From the sequence record DRR723986_4720: a stretch of DNA of 20,000 bases. One strand, written 5' to 3'. The first letter of the stretch is position 1. Every line of letters begins with the position of its first letter. The position numbers and the translations under genes were made by a program. The notes under the pieces are model-generated. The model was not told where the DNA came from. It searched no databases and worked only from the letters and a program-made list of their open reading frames with translations. Positions 1 to 8,828 of this stretch are shown piece by piece.

Positions 1-1094
1 TCGGAGCTGCCGATAACGCCGAAGCGATAGGGGTTAAAGTCCTCTGCATGGCTGAACTCGATGCCACGGCGCAGGGCATCACGGGCATAGCTGCCGGCGG
101 CCTGACCCTGCGTCTGCTCAGTCGATAACAGGGTGTCGTAGAGCTCGAAGCCGGCGAAGCTATCTTCGTCGGAGAGCAGGGGGTGCGTTTCGGAAGAGCC
201 TTTCACCTGGAAGATCTCACTGATCGGCTCGTTGCGCAGGCGGCGTTCTGCATAGCTCGCGTTCATCGCCGTGCCGTCGTACTGCACCCGGTCGTACATC
301 AGGCCGTCGCTGACATTGCCGTTATGGGGGATGGCGAAGTTGTCCATGCCCTCGGCCCGCTGTGCCTCCAGCGCGGTCCACAGGTCGCGGGGGTCCTCGG
401 AGTCGACCGCACTGAATGGCAGTGCCGGCACCGCGGTGCCCCGGTAGATGACGTTACGGTGCAGGTTGCGGTCGCCTGGCATTGAGGTCCACTCGTAGCC
501 GATCAGGGTGGTGAAGCGGCCCGGCTCGTTGTGCCGCTGCGCAATCTCGATGCTGTCGCGCCATGCGGACCGGCTGATGGCCTGCCAGTCAGGCACGGCA
601 GCGTCGCGCAGGTCAAACCCCGCCAGCGAGCGGGCGATCATGAGGCTATTCGCCAGGCGTCCGTCTCCCAGCAGGTGCTGACGTAGCGTGCGGGCTTTCA
701 GTGGGAGGTCCGGGTCGGTGGCCCGGAGCACGCCGAGGTACTCCGCGTGGTCGGTCACCGCGGCAAAGTCCAGCGGACGCTGCAGGCGAATGCCGTAGCC
801 GGCGGCATGTTCGATTTCCCCGCCCCGGGCGAAGGTATAGGCGTCGTCGGGGGTGGCCCGCACGCCGTTGGTCCAGGCATCGGTCGAATAACTGGTGTGG
901 ATGTGCAGATCACCCCAGAACAGCTGGCCCGCCGGGTCCGGCGGGGCGAGTGCTTTGTCAGGGGGCGGGTGGGCCCGGCCGGGATCGAAGGCCGGGTACA
1001 GCCCGGGGTCAGGTACCGGCTCGCAAGCCGCAGCGAGCAGGGCCAGGCTCAGCGTGGCGCCCAGCCCGGCGCCGCGCGCCGCGGGGGTCGGCAA
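1..1094 (-). CDS. DUF3604-family (PHP-like metallohydrolase) predicted lipoprotein, 5' part only; runs off the left edge of the window
   Basis: Manual translation of the minus strand from TTG at 1094 gives MPTPAARGAGLGATLSLALLAAAC (lipobox-like), then QLFWGDLHIHTSYSTDA, PLDFAAVTDHAEYLG, HNEPGRFTTLIGYEWTS, NLHRNVIYRG and NPYRFGVIGSS in one frame. These motifs are typical of DUF3604. It is probably absent from the ORF track because there is no stop in the window. The start codon is uncertain. Confidence 0.88.
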   Translation of the reverse strand, partial: MPTPAARGAGLGATLSLALLAAACEPVPDPGLYPAFDPGRAHPPPDKALAPPDPAGQLFWGDLHIHTSYSTDAWTNGVRATPDDAYTFARGGEIEHAAGYGIRLQRPLDFAAVTDHAEYLGVLRATDPDLPLKARTLRQHLLGDGRLANSLMIARSLAGFDLRDAAVPDWQAISRSAWRDSIEIAQRHNEPGRFTTLIGYEWTSMPGDRNLHRNVIYRGTAVPALPFSAVDSEDPRDLWTALEAQRAEGMDNFAIPHNGNVSDGLMYDRVQYDGTAMNASYAERRLRNEPISEIFQVKGSSETHPLLSDEDSFAGFELYDTLLSTEQTQGQAAGSYARDALRRGIEFSHAEDFNPYRFGVIGSS

Positions 1095-1098
1095 GTGC

Positions 1099-2676
1099 TC
1101 AGCCTACGCCGCGGTCAGCGCCTTCCCAGTAGCTTGCCCGGACAGCTTTCTTGTCGGGTTTGCCCACCGGGGTGAGTGGTATGGCGTCCACGAAGTCGAT
1201 GGTTTTCGGCGCCTGGACCGAGCCCTTGGCATCTTTCACCAGCCGCTGTAAGCCGGCGACCAGCTCGTCGCTGGCCTCGGCACCGGGGCGCAAAACCACC
1301 ACAGCCTTGACCGCCTCGCCCCATTTTTCATCCGGAACGCCAATCACCACCACCTGTCCGACTGCTTCGTGGGTGGCGAGCACGTCTTCAATTTCCCGCG
1401 GGAAAACATTGAAGCCGCCGGTGACGATCATGTCCTTGGTGCGATCCACGATGTACAGGAAACCGTCCTCGTCCAGCCGGCCGACGTCGCCGGTGTGCAA
1501 CCAACCGCGGGCGAAGGCCTCTGCGGTCTGTTCGGGCATGTCCTTGTAGCCTTTCATGACCAGCGGGCCGCGCACGCAGATTTCCCCCGGCTCTCCCCGG
1601 GGCACTTCCCTGCCCTGGGGGTCCAGCAGGGCAAGATGGACCCAGGGACTGGGCCGGCCGCAGGAAGAAAATCGCTCCGGTTTGCCCGGGTCGTGCTCGG
1701 CGCGGGTCATGTTGGTAATCACCATGGGCGCTTCCGACTGACCGTAGAACTGATAGAACACCTGGCCCCATTTCTCGATGCCCTCGCGCAGGCGCGCCGG
1801 GCTCATCGGCGAGGCGCCGTAGAAAATCGTTTCCATGCTCGACATGTCTGCTGTTGCCGAGCGTGGCGAGTCGAGCAGGAAATACAGCATCACCGGCACC
1901 AGCATCGTGCAGGTGATACGGTGCTGCTCCACCATGTCGAAGAAGCCGTCGGGGCTGAAGCCCTGCATCACGTAAAACGCGCCGCCCTTTTGCAGTACCG
2001 GGATGAAGAATGCCGCCGCCGCGTGAGACAGGGGCGTGGCGATCAGCATGCGCAGTTCTGCCGGAAATTCCCATTCCGCCAGCTGGATCTGGGTCATGTA
2101 AGCGGCAACGGTGTAGGGGCTCAATACGCCCTTGGGCTTGCCTGTGGTACCGCCGGTAAAGGTAATGCTGGAAATCGCATCCGGATCCACATCCGGTGCC
2201 ACCAGCGGCTGTGGCTCGAAGCCCGCTGCGAGCGCGAGGTAGTCATCCCCCTTGGCCGAGGGGCCGAAGGCCAGCAGTTGCAGTCCCGGCACCCGGTCGC
2301 GCAGGGCCGCCGCGTGCTCGTCAAACACTGTCGGGTCGTAGACCAGTGCATCAACGTTAGCGGCCTCCAGCACATAGGCGTGGTCGTCGAGCGAGCCAAG
2401 CGGGTGCAGCGGGGTGCCGACACAGCCGGCGAGTTGCATCGCGGCGATATTGGACAGGACTTCCGGCCGGTTGGCGGACAGCACTGCGATCACCTTACCG
2501 TTCTTCAGTCCTCGGGACTGGAGTGCCTGAACCATCTGGCTGGTGGACTCGCGCACTTCCCGATAGGTGGCCACCCGGTCGCCGAGGTACAGGCAGGGCT
2601 GGTCGTTGTAGCGGTTCAGGCCGTCAATGAGCAGGTGGGGCATCAGGGGTGGCTGGTGCAGCTTGTGGTCAGTCAT
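1099..2676 (-). CDS. Acyl-CoA synthetase / fatty-acid--CoA ligase, FadD8-like (525 aa)
   Basis: ANL adenylation motifs FTGGTTGKPKG, FYGQSE, GWLHTGDVG, DRTKDMIVTGGFNVFPREIE and terminal GKPDKK. The segments NRPEVL and LHPLGSLDDHAYVL resemble mycobacterial FadD8. AGGA RBS upstream of ATG 2676. Confidence 0.92.
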   Translation of the reverse strand: MTDHKLHQPPLMPHLLIDGLNRYNDQPCLYLGDRVATYREVRESTSQMVQALQSRGLKNGKVIAVLSANRPEVLSNIAAMQLAGCVGTPLHPLGSLDDHAYVLEAANVDALVYDPTVFDEHAAALRDRVPGLQLLAFGPSAKGDDYLALAAGFEPQPLVAPDVDPDAISSITFTGGTTGKPKGVLSPYTVAAYMTQIQLAEWEFPAELRMLIATPLSHAAAAFFIPVLQKGGAFYVMQGFSPDGFFDMVEQHRITCTMLVPVMLYFLLDSPRSATADMSSMETIFYGASPMSPARLREGIEKWGQVFYQFYGQSEAPMVITNMTRAEHDPGKPERFSSCGRPSPWVHLALLDPQGREVPRGEPGEICVRGPLVMKGYKDMPEQTAEAFARGWLHTGDVGRLDEDGFLYIVDRTKDMIVTGGFNVFPREIEDVLATHEAVGQVVVIGVPDEKWGEAVKAVVVLRPGAEASDELVAGLQRLVKDAKGSVQAPKTIDFVDAIPLTPVGKPDKKAVRASYWEGADRGVG

Positions 2677-2708
2677 CAAAATATCCTGGTTGTGCGGGCG
2701 AAGCCCGA

Positions 2709-3659
2709 CTAGTCGATGGCAAGTCCGCGGCGCAGCACGGTGAGCATTTCCTGCGCTTCGCGCTGACTCACCGCCACGTGGGCGAACAACATGGAGCCGT
2801 GGAAGGTTCCGGGGAAACTGTGCAGTTCGGTGCGCACGCCAGCCTGCATCAGCCTGAGCGCGTACAGCACACCCTCGTCGCGCAAGGGGTCGAATTCCAT
2901 GGTGGTAACGTGAGCGGGTGGCAGCCCGGAGAGATCGTCCGCGCGGGCCGGCGATGCATAACCGGGTACGTCGTCGCCGCCCCTGCGGTAACTATCACCA
3001 AGATAGTAATCCCAACTCAATTCAGCGTTCGGCCGGTTCCACATGGGGGTGTCGGTGAACTGTTGCATGCTCGGTGTGTCCAGGCGGTCGTCCAGCTCCG
3101 GGATGCCCAGGTACTGGAAACAGATCGCCGGGCCCTTGCGATCGCGGGCCAGCAGCGCGGTCGCGGCGGACAGGCCGCCGCCGGCACTCTGGCCGAACAG
3201 ACCGAGTCGCTTGGGGTCGATGGCGAGTTCCGCGGCGTTGGCGCTGACCCATTCCAGGGCGGCGTAACAGTCCTCGAGGCCTCCGGGATAGGGTGTTTCC
3301 GGGGCGAGCCGATAGTCCACTGAGACGATGCTGATGCCGAGTTCGCGACACAGGTTCAGGCAGTTACCGTGCTCGGACTCCAGGTCACCCAGGACGAAAC
3401 CGCCGCCGTGAATGTACAACAGGCCCGGCCCCGGACCATCCTGCCCGTCGGGTCGATAGATGCGCACGGTGAAATCTGGATCGCCTTCGGCACCCGGAAT
3501 GCGGCGGTCCTCCCAGGAGACGCCCGATGCGTCCAGGTCCCCGGCCATCGCGGCCACCATGGCGGACAGGCCCTCGCGGCTGGCTACCGGGTCCTCGATG
3601 GTGAGAGGTGGAATCAGCGGGAGTAGCTCGAGGAATTCCTGATCGATGTTATAGCTCAT
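2709..3659 (-). CDS. Alpha/beta hydrolase, HSL family (family IV) esterase/lipase
   Basis: HGGGF oxyanion motif, VDYRLAPE, GQSAGG nucleophile elbow, catalytic Asp in FDPLRDEG and His in TFHGS. AAGGAAG RBS. Confidence 0.93.
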   Translation of the reverse strand: MSYNIDQEFLELLPLIPPLTIEDPVASREGLSAMVAAMAGDLDASGVSWEDRRIPGAEGDPDFTVRIYRPDGQDGPGPGLLYIHGGGFVLGDLESEHGNCLNLCRELGISIVSVDYRLAPETPYPGGLEDCYAALEWVSANAAELAIDPKRLGLFGQSAGGGLSAATALLARDRKGPAICFQYLGIPELDDRLDTPSMQQFTDTPMWNRPNAELSWDYYLGDSYRRGGDDVPGYASPARADDLSGLPPAHVTTMEFDPLRDEGVLYALRLMQAGVRTELHSFPGTFHGSMLFAHVAVSQREAQEMLTVLRRGLAID

Positions 3660-3682
3660 GCTGTGTGCTTCCTTTTTCGCTT

Positions 3683-3710
3683 ATTGTGAGACAAGTGCCT
3701 GCCCGGGCAA
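3683..3710 (-). promoter_or_regulatory. Possible sigma70 promoter for the esterase-ligase-DUF3604 genes
   Basis: Minus-strand TTGCCC-N16-CACAAT about 24 nt upstream of the esterase ATG, in the 99-bp gap after the sulfatase. Confidence 0.35.
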
Positions 3711-3758
3711 TGACGGGAGCGGCCAGAGGCAGTGCTGCGCCTGTGCGCTTCTGCCAGT

Positions 3759-5249
3759 TCAGTCCGCCGCTGGCTGGCCGTTGCTCCAGCCTCGCGGATC
3801 AGTAGCCATGTCGTGTTGCTTATCGCGGAAAACGCCGCGCAAGCGCGCGAGCGCCTGTGGGTAGCGCGCACTGACATCGTATGACTCCCCGGGATCGCTC
3901 TCAAGGTCGAACAACCACTCCTTTTGCGGCACGGCGGCGGCGACAGGCATCTGGTCGGTACCGTAGTGCACACCTCTCGGTCCTCGGTACTTGAAGCGCT
4001 GATCCCGCACTGAAATCAGGCTGTCGCCGTCAAAGTAGAAGAGATAGTCATGCGGCGAGGGAGCATTGGCGGTGAGCAGCGGCAGCAGACTGCGACCGTC
4101 GAGTCGACGATCCGGCGGTGCTGGCAGTTCCAGCAAGTCCAGTACGGTGGGCAGTAGGTCGATGCCCATGGCCATGGCATCGGAGCGCGAGGCGGCGGCG
4201 ATACGCTCGGGCCAGTGGGCGATGAACGGGACCCGCATGCCGCCCTCGAAAGCGCTGCCCTTACGCCCGCGCCAGCCCGCGGCATTGCCGAGAAACCACG
4301 GGCCGTTGTCCGAGCTGATGATAATCAGGGTGTTGTCCAGTAACTGTTGCTGGCGGAGCGCGTCAACCAGCTCGCCCACGCCGGCGTCGAGTGACTCAAT
4401 TACATCGCCATACAGGCCAGCGCCGGATTTACCCAGCCGTCCGGGCGCGACGGCAAGCGGGTCATGGGGAAAGTTGTGGGCAAAGTAGAGCAGGAAGGGA
4501 CCTCGCTCCTGTTCGGTGATGAAGCGTTCAGCCTCCCGGGTATAGATCTGGTTCAGCTGGCGCTGGTCCACGGGTGCGGGCACGGCGATTTCGGCGTCAC
4601 GGTACAGCGCAAACGGCGTCATGTCGTTGCTGTACAGCGCGCCGAAATACTGCTCAAAACCCATGTCCCGGGGCAGGCTGGGGCTGCGATCACCGAGATG
4701 CCATTTCCCGACCATCCCCGTTCGATAGCCTACGGCCTTGAGGACGTCGGCAAGCGTAATCTCCTCGGCCGGTAGTCGCGTGTTGGCCCGGGGATTCAGA
4801 ATTCTGCTGAACAGCAAGGCCTTGCCGCTGCCGGTTGGAAAGACCACGTTCGGCAGTCCGGCCCGCGGTGCCAGGCGCCCGGTGAGGTAGCCGGCCCGGG
4901 CAGGGGTGCAGACCGGCGCCGGTGAGTAAAAGTTGCTCAGCACCATGCCGCTGGCCGCGAGCTGGTTGATGTTGGGCGTGGCGAGCAGGCCGCTGGCGCC
5001 GGCACCCAGGTCACCGTAGCCCAGATCATCGTAGAGGATGAAGACGATATTTGGCGCGCTATCGCTTACCCGGTGTTTGCTGCTGAGCTGGGCAAGATAG
5101 TCCCGCTTGGCCGCAAGGTGCTGGCTATCGTCCTGTTGATCGTGACTCAGGTAGCGCCAGGCACCGAGGGCGGTGAGCACCAGCGCCAACAGCAGGGCCA
5201 CCCGGGCCACCTCGCCGGGCAAGCGCTTTAACAACTGCACCAGTTTCAT
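3759..5249 (-). CDS. Formylglycine-dependent (S1, Cys-type) sulfatase with an N-terminal membrane anchor/signal (496 aa)
   Basis: PNIVFILYDDLGYGD, CTPARAGYLTGR (CxPxR), GKWHLG, NFPHDP and SSDNGP. Start reassigned to ATG 5249 (MKLVQLLKRL...ALLLALVLTALGAW) with a GGAGGG RBS. The longer ORF start at 5492 overlaps the divergent gene. Confidence 0.93.
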   Translation of the reverse strand: MKLVQLLKRLPGEVARVALLLALVLTALGAWRYLSHDQQDDSQHLAAKRDYLAQLSSKHRVSDSAPNIVFILYDDLGYGDLGAGASGLLATPNINQLAASGMVLSNFYSPAPVCTPARAGYLTGRLAPRAGLPNVVFPTGSGKALLFSRILNPRANTRLPAEEITLADVLKAVGYRTGMVGKWHLGDRSPSLPRDMGFEQYFGALYSNDMTPFALYRDAEIAVPAPVDQRQLNQIYTREAERFITEQERGPFLLYFAHNFPHDPLAVAPGRLGKSGAGLYGDVIESLDAGVGELVDALRQQQLLDNTLIIISSDNGPWFLGNAAGWRGRKGSAFEGGMRVPFIAHWPERIAAASRSDAMAMGIDLLPTVLDLLELPAPPDRRLDGRSLLPLLTANAPSPHDYLFYFDGDSLISVRDQRFKYRGPRGVHYGTDQMPVAAAVPQKEWLFDLESDPGESYDVSARYPQALARLRGVFRDKQHDMATDPRGWSNGQPAAD

Positions 5250-5363
5250 TACTTGCGACGCCCTCCACTGCAGTGTCTGGTCAGGACAAACTCGGCTCCC
5301 GCGAGCCAATTTCCGTTTTATGGGTAATACTGTCAGACGAGTCAAACAGAGCCGGAGATTACC

Positions 5364-7052
5364 ATGACTCCACTGACCCAGAGTTATTACTGTGGTGAAT
5401 CGAATAGCCAGATCATTTACCAGACCATCGGTGACTGCCTGGAAACGATCGCTCACCGCTATCCCGATAACGAAGCACTGGTAGTGAGGCACCAGGCTGT
5501 GCGCTGGACCTATGCCGAATTACTCGAGCAGGTCGACAGGCTGGCCAGTGGCTTGCTTGCGCTGGGTATCGAGCCCGGCGATCGGATCGGTATCTGGGGT
5601 CCGAACAGCAGTGAATGGGCCCTGGTGCAATACGCGACTGCGCGTATCGGCGCGATTATGGTCTGCATCAATCCGGCCTATCGCCTTTACGAGCTGGAGT
5701 ATGCGCTCAACAAGGTTGAATGCCGGGCGCTTATTACTGACCAGCAGTTCAAGACCAGCAATTACCTGGCGATGTTGCAGGATCTGGCACCCGAACTCGC
5801 GCATTGCGCGCCGGGTCGGTTGAATGCCCACAAGCTACCGCATCTGGAGATGGTTATCCGGATGGGTGATGCCGCGACCACGGGGATGCTCAATTTTGCC
5901 GATGTCTGCGATATGGGAGAGGCCGGCGATCGGGCCCGGCTACGACGCCTTGCCACGGAATTGCGGCCCGACGATCCGATCAATATCCAGTTCACCAGCG
6001 GCACCACCGGTTCGCCCAAGGGCGCGACGCTCACCCATTGCAATATCCTCAACAATGGCAATCTCTGCGCTCGCGGTATGGGCTTCACAGATCGTGACCG
6101 CCTGTGCATTCCGGTCCCGCTGTATCACTGCTTCGGCATGGTGATGGGTAACCTCGCCTGCCTCAGCCATGGCGCTACGGCGATCTACCCGGCGCCGGCT
6201 TTCGATCCACTGGCCACCCTGGAAACCGTGGAGGCGGAGCGCTGCACCGCTCTGCACGGCGTACCGACCATGTTCATCAACGAACTGGATCACCCCCGCT
6301 TTCCAGACTTCGACCTGTCGTCCCTGCGCACCGGGATGATGGCCGGGGCACCCTGCCCGGTGGAGGTCATGAAGCGGGTGATTAGCGAAATGCACATGGA
6401 GGATGTGCTGATCGCCTATGGCCAGACTGAACTGAGCCCGGTCAATCACATGACCTCGCGGGATGACTCCCTGGTGCGGCGTACCGAAACGGTCGGTCGG
6501 GCGGTGCCCTGGGTCGAGATCAAGATTGTCGACGAGCAGAACCGGGTGGTTGCCCCGGGGGAGAAAGGTGAGATCTGCACCCGCGGCTACTCGGTGATGC
6601 GCGGCTACTGGAACGACGAAGAGCGCACCCGGGAAACCATCGATCCCGGCGGCTGGCTGCACTCCGGCGATCTGGGCGTGATGGATGAGGCGGGCTATGT
6701 ACAGGTGGTTGGCAGGATCAAGGACATGGTCATCCGCGGCGGCGAGAATATCTATCCGCGGGAAGTGGAAGAATTCCTCTATACCCATCCCGACATCGCC
6801 GAAGTCCAGGTTTTCGGGGTGCCGGATCCTGTCCTGGGGGAGGAGGTTTGCGCGTGGATCCAGCTGCATCCGGATGCCAGCCTGACGGCGTCCCAGGTCA
6901 CGGACTTCTGCCGAGACCAGATTACCCACTTCAAGATCCCCCGGCATATCCGCTTCGTCAGCGAATACCCGATGACCGTGACCAGCAAGATCCAGAAGTT
7001 CATTATGCGGGAGCAGATGCAGGCAGAACTGGCCCAGAGCCGGGCCGGCTAG
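5364..7052 (+). CDS. AMP-binding acyl-CoA synthetase (ACSF2/YngI-like medium/long-chain fatty acid--CoA ligase)
   Basis: FTSGTTGSPKG, PLYHCFG, AYGQTE, GWLHSGDLG, GRIKDMVIRGGENIYPREVEEFL and KIQKF. GGAG RBS. Confidence 0.93.
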   Translation: MTPLTQSYYCGESNSQIIYQTIGDCLETIAHRYPDNEALVVRHQAVRWTYAELLEQVDRLASGLLALGIEPGDRIGIWGPNSSEWALVQYATARIGAIMVCINPAYRLYELEYALNKVECRALITDQQFKTSNYLAMLQDLAPELAHCAPGRLNAHKLPHLEMVIRMGDAATTGMLNFADVCDMGEAGDRARLRRLATELRPDDPINIQFTSGTTGSPKGATLTHCNILNNGNLCARGMGFTDRDRLCIPVPLYHCFGMVMGNLACLSHGATAIYPAPAFDPLATLETVEAERCTALHGVPTMFINELDHPRFPDFDLSSLRTGMMAGAPCPVEVMKRVISEMHMEDVLIAYGQTELSPVNHMTSRDDSLVRRTETVGRAVPWVEIKIVDEQNRVVAPGEKGEICTRGYSVMRGYWNDEERTRETIDPGGWLHSGDLGVMDEAGYVQVVGRIKDMVIRGGENIYPREVEEFLYTHPDIAEVQVFGVPDPVLGEEVCAWIQLHPDASLTASQVTDFCRDQITHFKIPRHIRFVSEYPMTVTSKIQKFIMREQMQAELAQSRAG

Positions 7053-7201
7053 CCCGACCACTGAATTCGCCGGATTATTGTGAAGCCGGTCACAGCCTGC
7101 CGGCCGTTAACTGGTCATTTCCTGAACGAACCGTAACCTTGTCCCCAGGTCGCGCGCTAAGTGTTGCGCGCTGGAACCTTACAGGAAAGGAGAGGGTGTT
7201 G

Positions 7202-7720
7202 ATGGCCATCTTGCAGGAATCATTGACCGAGCTGGTTCGGGATCTGCGCCGCGGGACCCAGCGGCTGAAAAGCAGCATCAGCGAGCGGCGTACCGCTATG
7301 AACATGGCGCCCATCAATGATCGGCGTGGTGATGGCGGCTACGTATCACGGCCTATCCCGACGTCCTATGAATGGATCATTACCGCCGAGTCCGGGCCCC
7401 TCTGTGGCATGCGCTACGCGGTGGCGGGGCCGGTGATGGTCGGCAAGGCCCAGGAATGTGACCTGACCCTGATGTCATCGCAGGTGTCGCTCTACCATAC
7501 CCGCCTGACTCTCGAACGCTACGCCCTGTACGTGGAAGATATGGGATCGGACGCAGGTACCTCGCTTAACGGCCGGCCGATTGTCGGGCGCCTGCCGTTG
7601 CACCATGGCGATGTTATCCAGATCCAGAACAGCCAGTTCCGGGTCACCTCGGGCTTCTACCGGAACGTCGGCAGCGGCACGCAGGCCCAGGCCGGGGCCG
7701 AACAGCCACGGCTTGCCTGA
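7202..7720 (+). CDS. FHA domain-containing protein (172 aa)
   Basis: C-terminal FHA pattern: VMVGKAQECDLTL..SQVSLYH..LYVEDMGSDAGTSLNG..LHHGDVIQI. ATG 7202 is preceded by GGAGAGG. The longer ORF start at 6848 overlaps the ligase. Confidence 0.82.
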   Translation: MAILQESLTELVRDLRRGTQRLKSSISERRTAMNMAPINDRRGDGGYVSRPIPTSYEWIITAESGPLCGMRYAVAGPVMVGKAQECDLTLMSSQVSLYHTRLTLERYALYVEDMGSDAGTSLNGRPIVGRLPLHHGDVIQIQNSQFRVTSGFYRNVGSGTQAQAGAEQPRLA

Positions 7721-7721
7721 T

Positions 7722-8828
7722 TCAGTCCAGGGTCTTGTTGAAGCGCACGGTCGCCACGGTCAGGGTGACGGCAGTGAATGCCAGCAGCCAGGCTACGTCC
7801 GGTAGCATCTGTCCGGCGTCTGCGCCGCGCAATACCACACCGCGGATCAGGCGTATGAAGTGGGTGGCGGGGAAGGCTTCCGCAATGTACTGGGCTGGCA
7901 CCGGCATCGCATCGTAGGGAAACATGAAACCGCTGAGCAGGATGGACGGCAGCAGGATGAATATCGTCATCTGCATGGCCTGCAGCTGGGTTTTGGCCAG
8001 CGTTGAGATCAGCAACCCGAGGGACAGGCTGGCGGCGATAAACGCCAGGGTGATGATGCCGAGGCTGCCGAGCCCGCCCTGGAAGGGGACCTGGAATACC
8101 AGTCGGCCCAGCCCAAGGATAATACCTACCTGGATTAGTCCCACCACAATATAGGGCAGCAATTTGCCCAACATCAGCTCGACCGGCATCACCGGCGTGG
8201 TGATCAGCAGTTCGATATTGCCGCGTTCTCGCTCCCGGACCAGCGCCAGTGAGGTGAACAGGATCATCGTCATGGTCAACACGATGGCGGTGAGCCCCGG
8301 CACAATATTTACCGCCGAGCGGCGCTCGGGGTTGAAGAATAGCGCCAGTTCAAAGCTTGGACTGGGGCTGGTATAGGCGCCAGGCGGTGCGCCTGCCTCC
8401 AGTCGCAGGGGCATCGAGCGCAGACTGAGCAGGGCTGAACTGACCATCGTGTCGGAACCATCCACCAGCCACTGGGCGACGGTTTCGCCGTTAGTGATAC
8501 GCTGCGGCAGGTTCTCCGGGAATACCAGGACGGCGCGAATCTGGCCGGCGACGAGCGCGGCCTCCGCCTCTTGCGGGGTGGCGTAGTCAGCGATGAAGTC
8601 GACCACCTGGGTGACCCTTACCTGTTCGGTGATCACTCGCGCTGCCGCACTGCCACTGAGATCGACCACCGCAACGGGGATGTTGCGGACCACCGTGTTG
8701 ATGGCGAAGCCGAACAGCAGTAACTGCACCAGCGGTATCATCACGATCATGCCGAAGGTCATCCGGTCGCGAGACATCTGGGCGAATTCCTTGCCGGTAA
8801 TCGCACTGATGCGCTGCAGGCTGCTCAT
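7722..8828 (-). CDS. ABC-2 type transporter permease (YbhR/YbhS-like)
   Basis: N-terminal KEFAQMSRDR plus one TM helix, an extracytoplasmic loop, RERERGNIELLITTP, LSGFMFP and several C-terminal TM helices. Confidence 0.93.
   Translation of the reverse strand: MSSLQRISAITGKEFAQMSRDRMTFGMIVMIPLVQLLLFGFAINTVVRNIPVAVVDLSGSAAARVITEQVRVTQVVDFIADYATPQEAEAALVAGQIRAVLVFPENLPQRITNGETVAQWLVDGSDTMVSSALLSLRSMPLRLEAGAPPGAYTSPSPSFELALFFNPERRSAVNIVPGLTAIVLTMTMILFTSLALVRERERGNIELLITTPVMPVELMLGKLLPYIVVGLIQVGIILGLGRLVFQVPFQGGLGSLGIITLAFIAASLSLGLLISTLAKTQLQAMQMTIFILLPSILLSGFMFPYDAMPVPAQYIAEAFPATHFIRLIRGVVLRGADAGQMLPDVAWLLAFTAVTLTVATVRFNKTLD

Noticed and set aside
183..1251. Several plus-strand ORFs of 100-143 aa
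   Set aside because: They lie antisense to the DUF3604 gene and have low-complexity or shadow-frame composition.
1369..2712. 447-aa plus-strand ORF antisense to the FadD8-like ligase
   Set aside because: Shadow ORF expected from high-GC codon bias; no recognisable motifs; overlaps a well-supported gene almost entirely.
5250..5492. N-terminal extension of the sulfatase ORF; similar extensions on the FHA (6848), LysR (11981), GlpD-like (12912) and CHI-like (16811) ORFs
   Set aside because: These are longest-ORF artefacts overlapping neighbouring genes or promoters. Downstream starts fit the domain boundaries and, in most cases, an RBS or stop-start overlap.
5940..7061. 373-aa minus-strand ORF antisense to the second acyl-CoA ligase
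   Set aside because: Antisense shadow frame with no domain signature.
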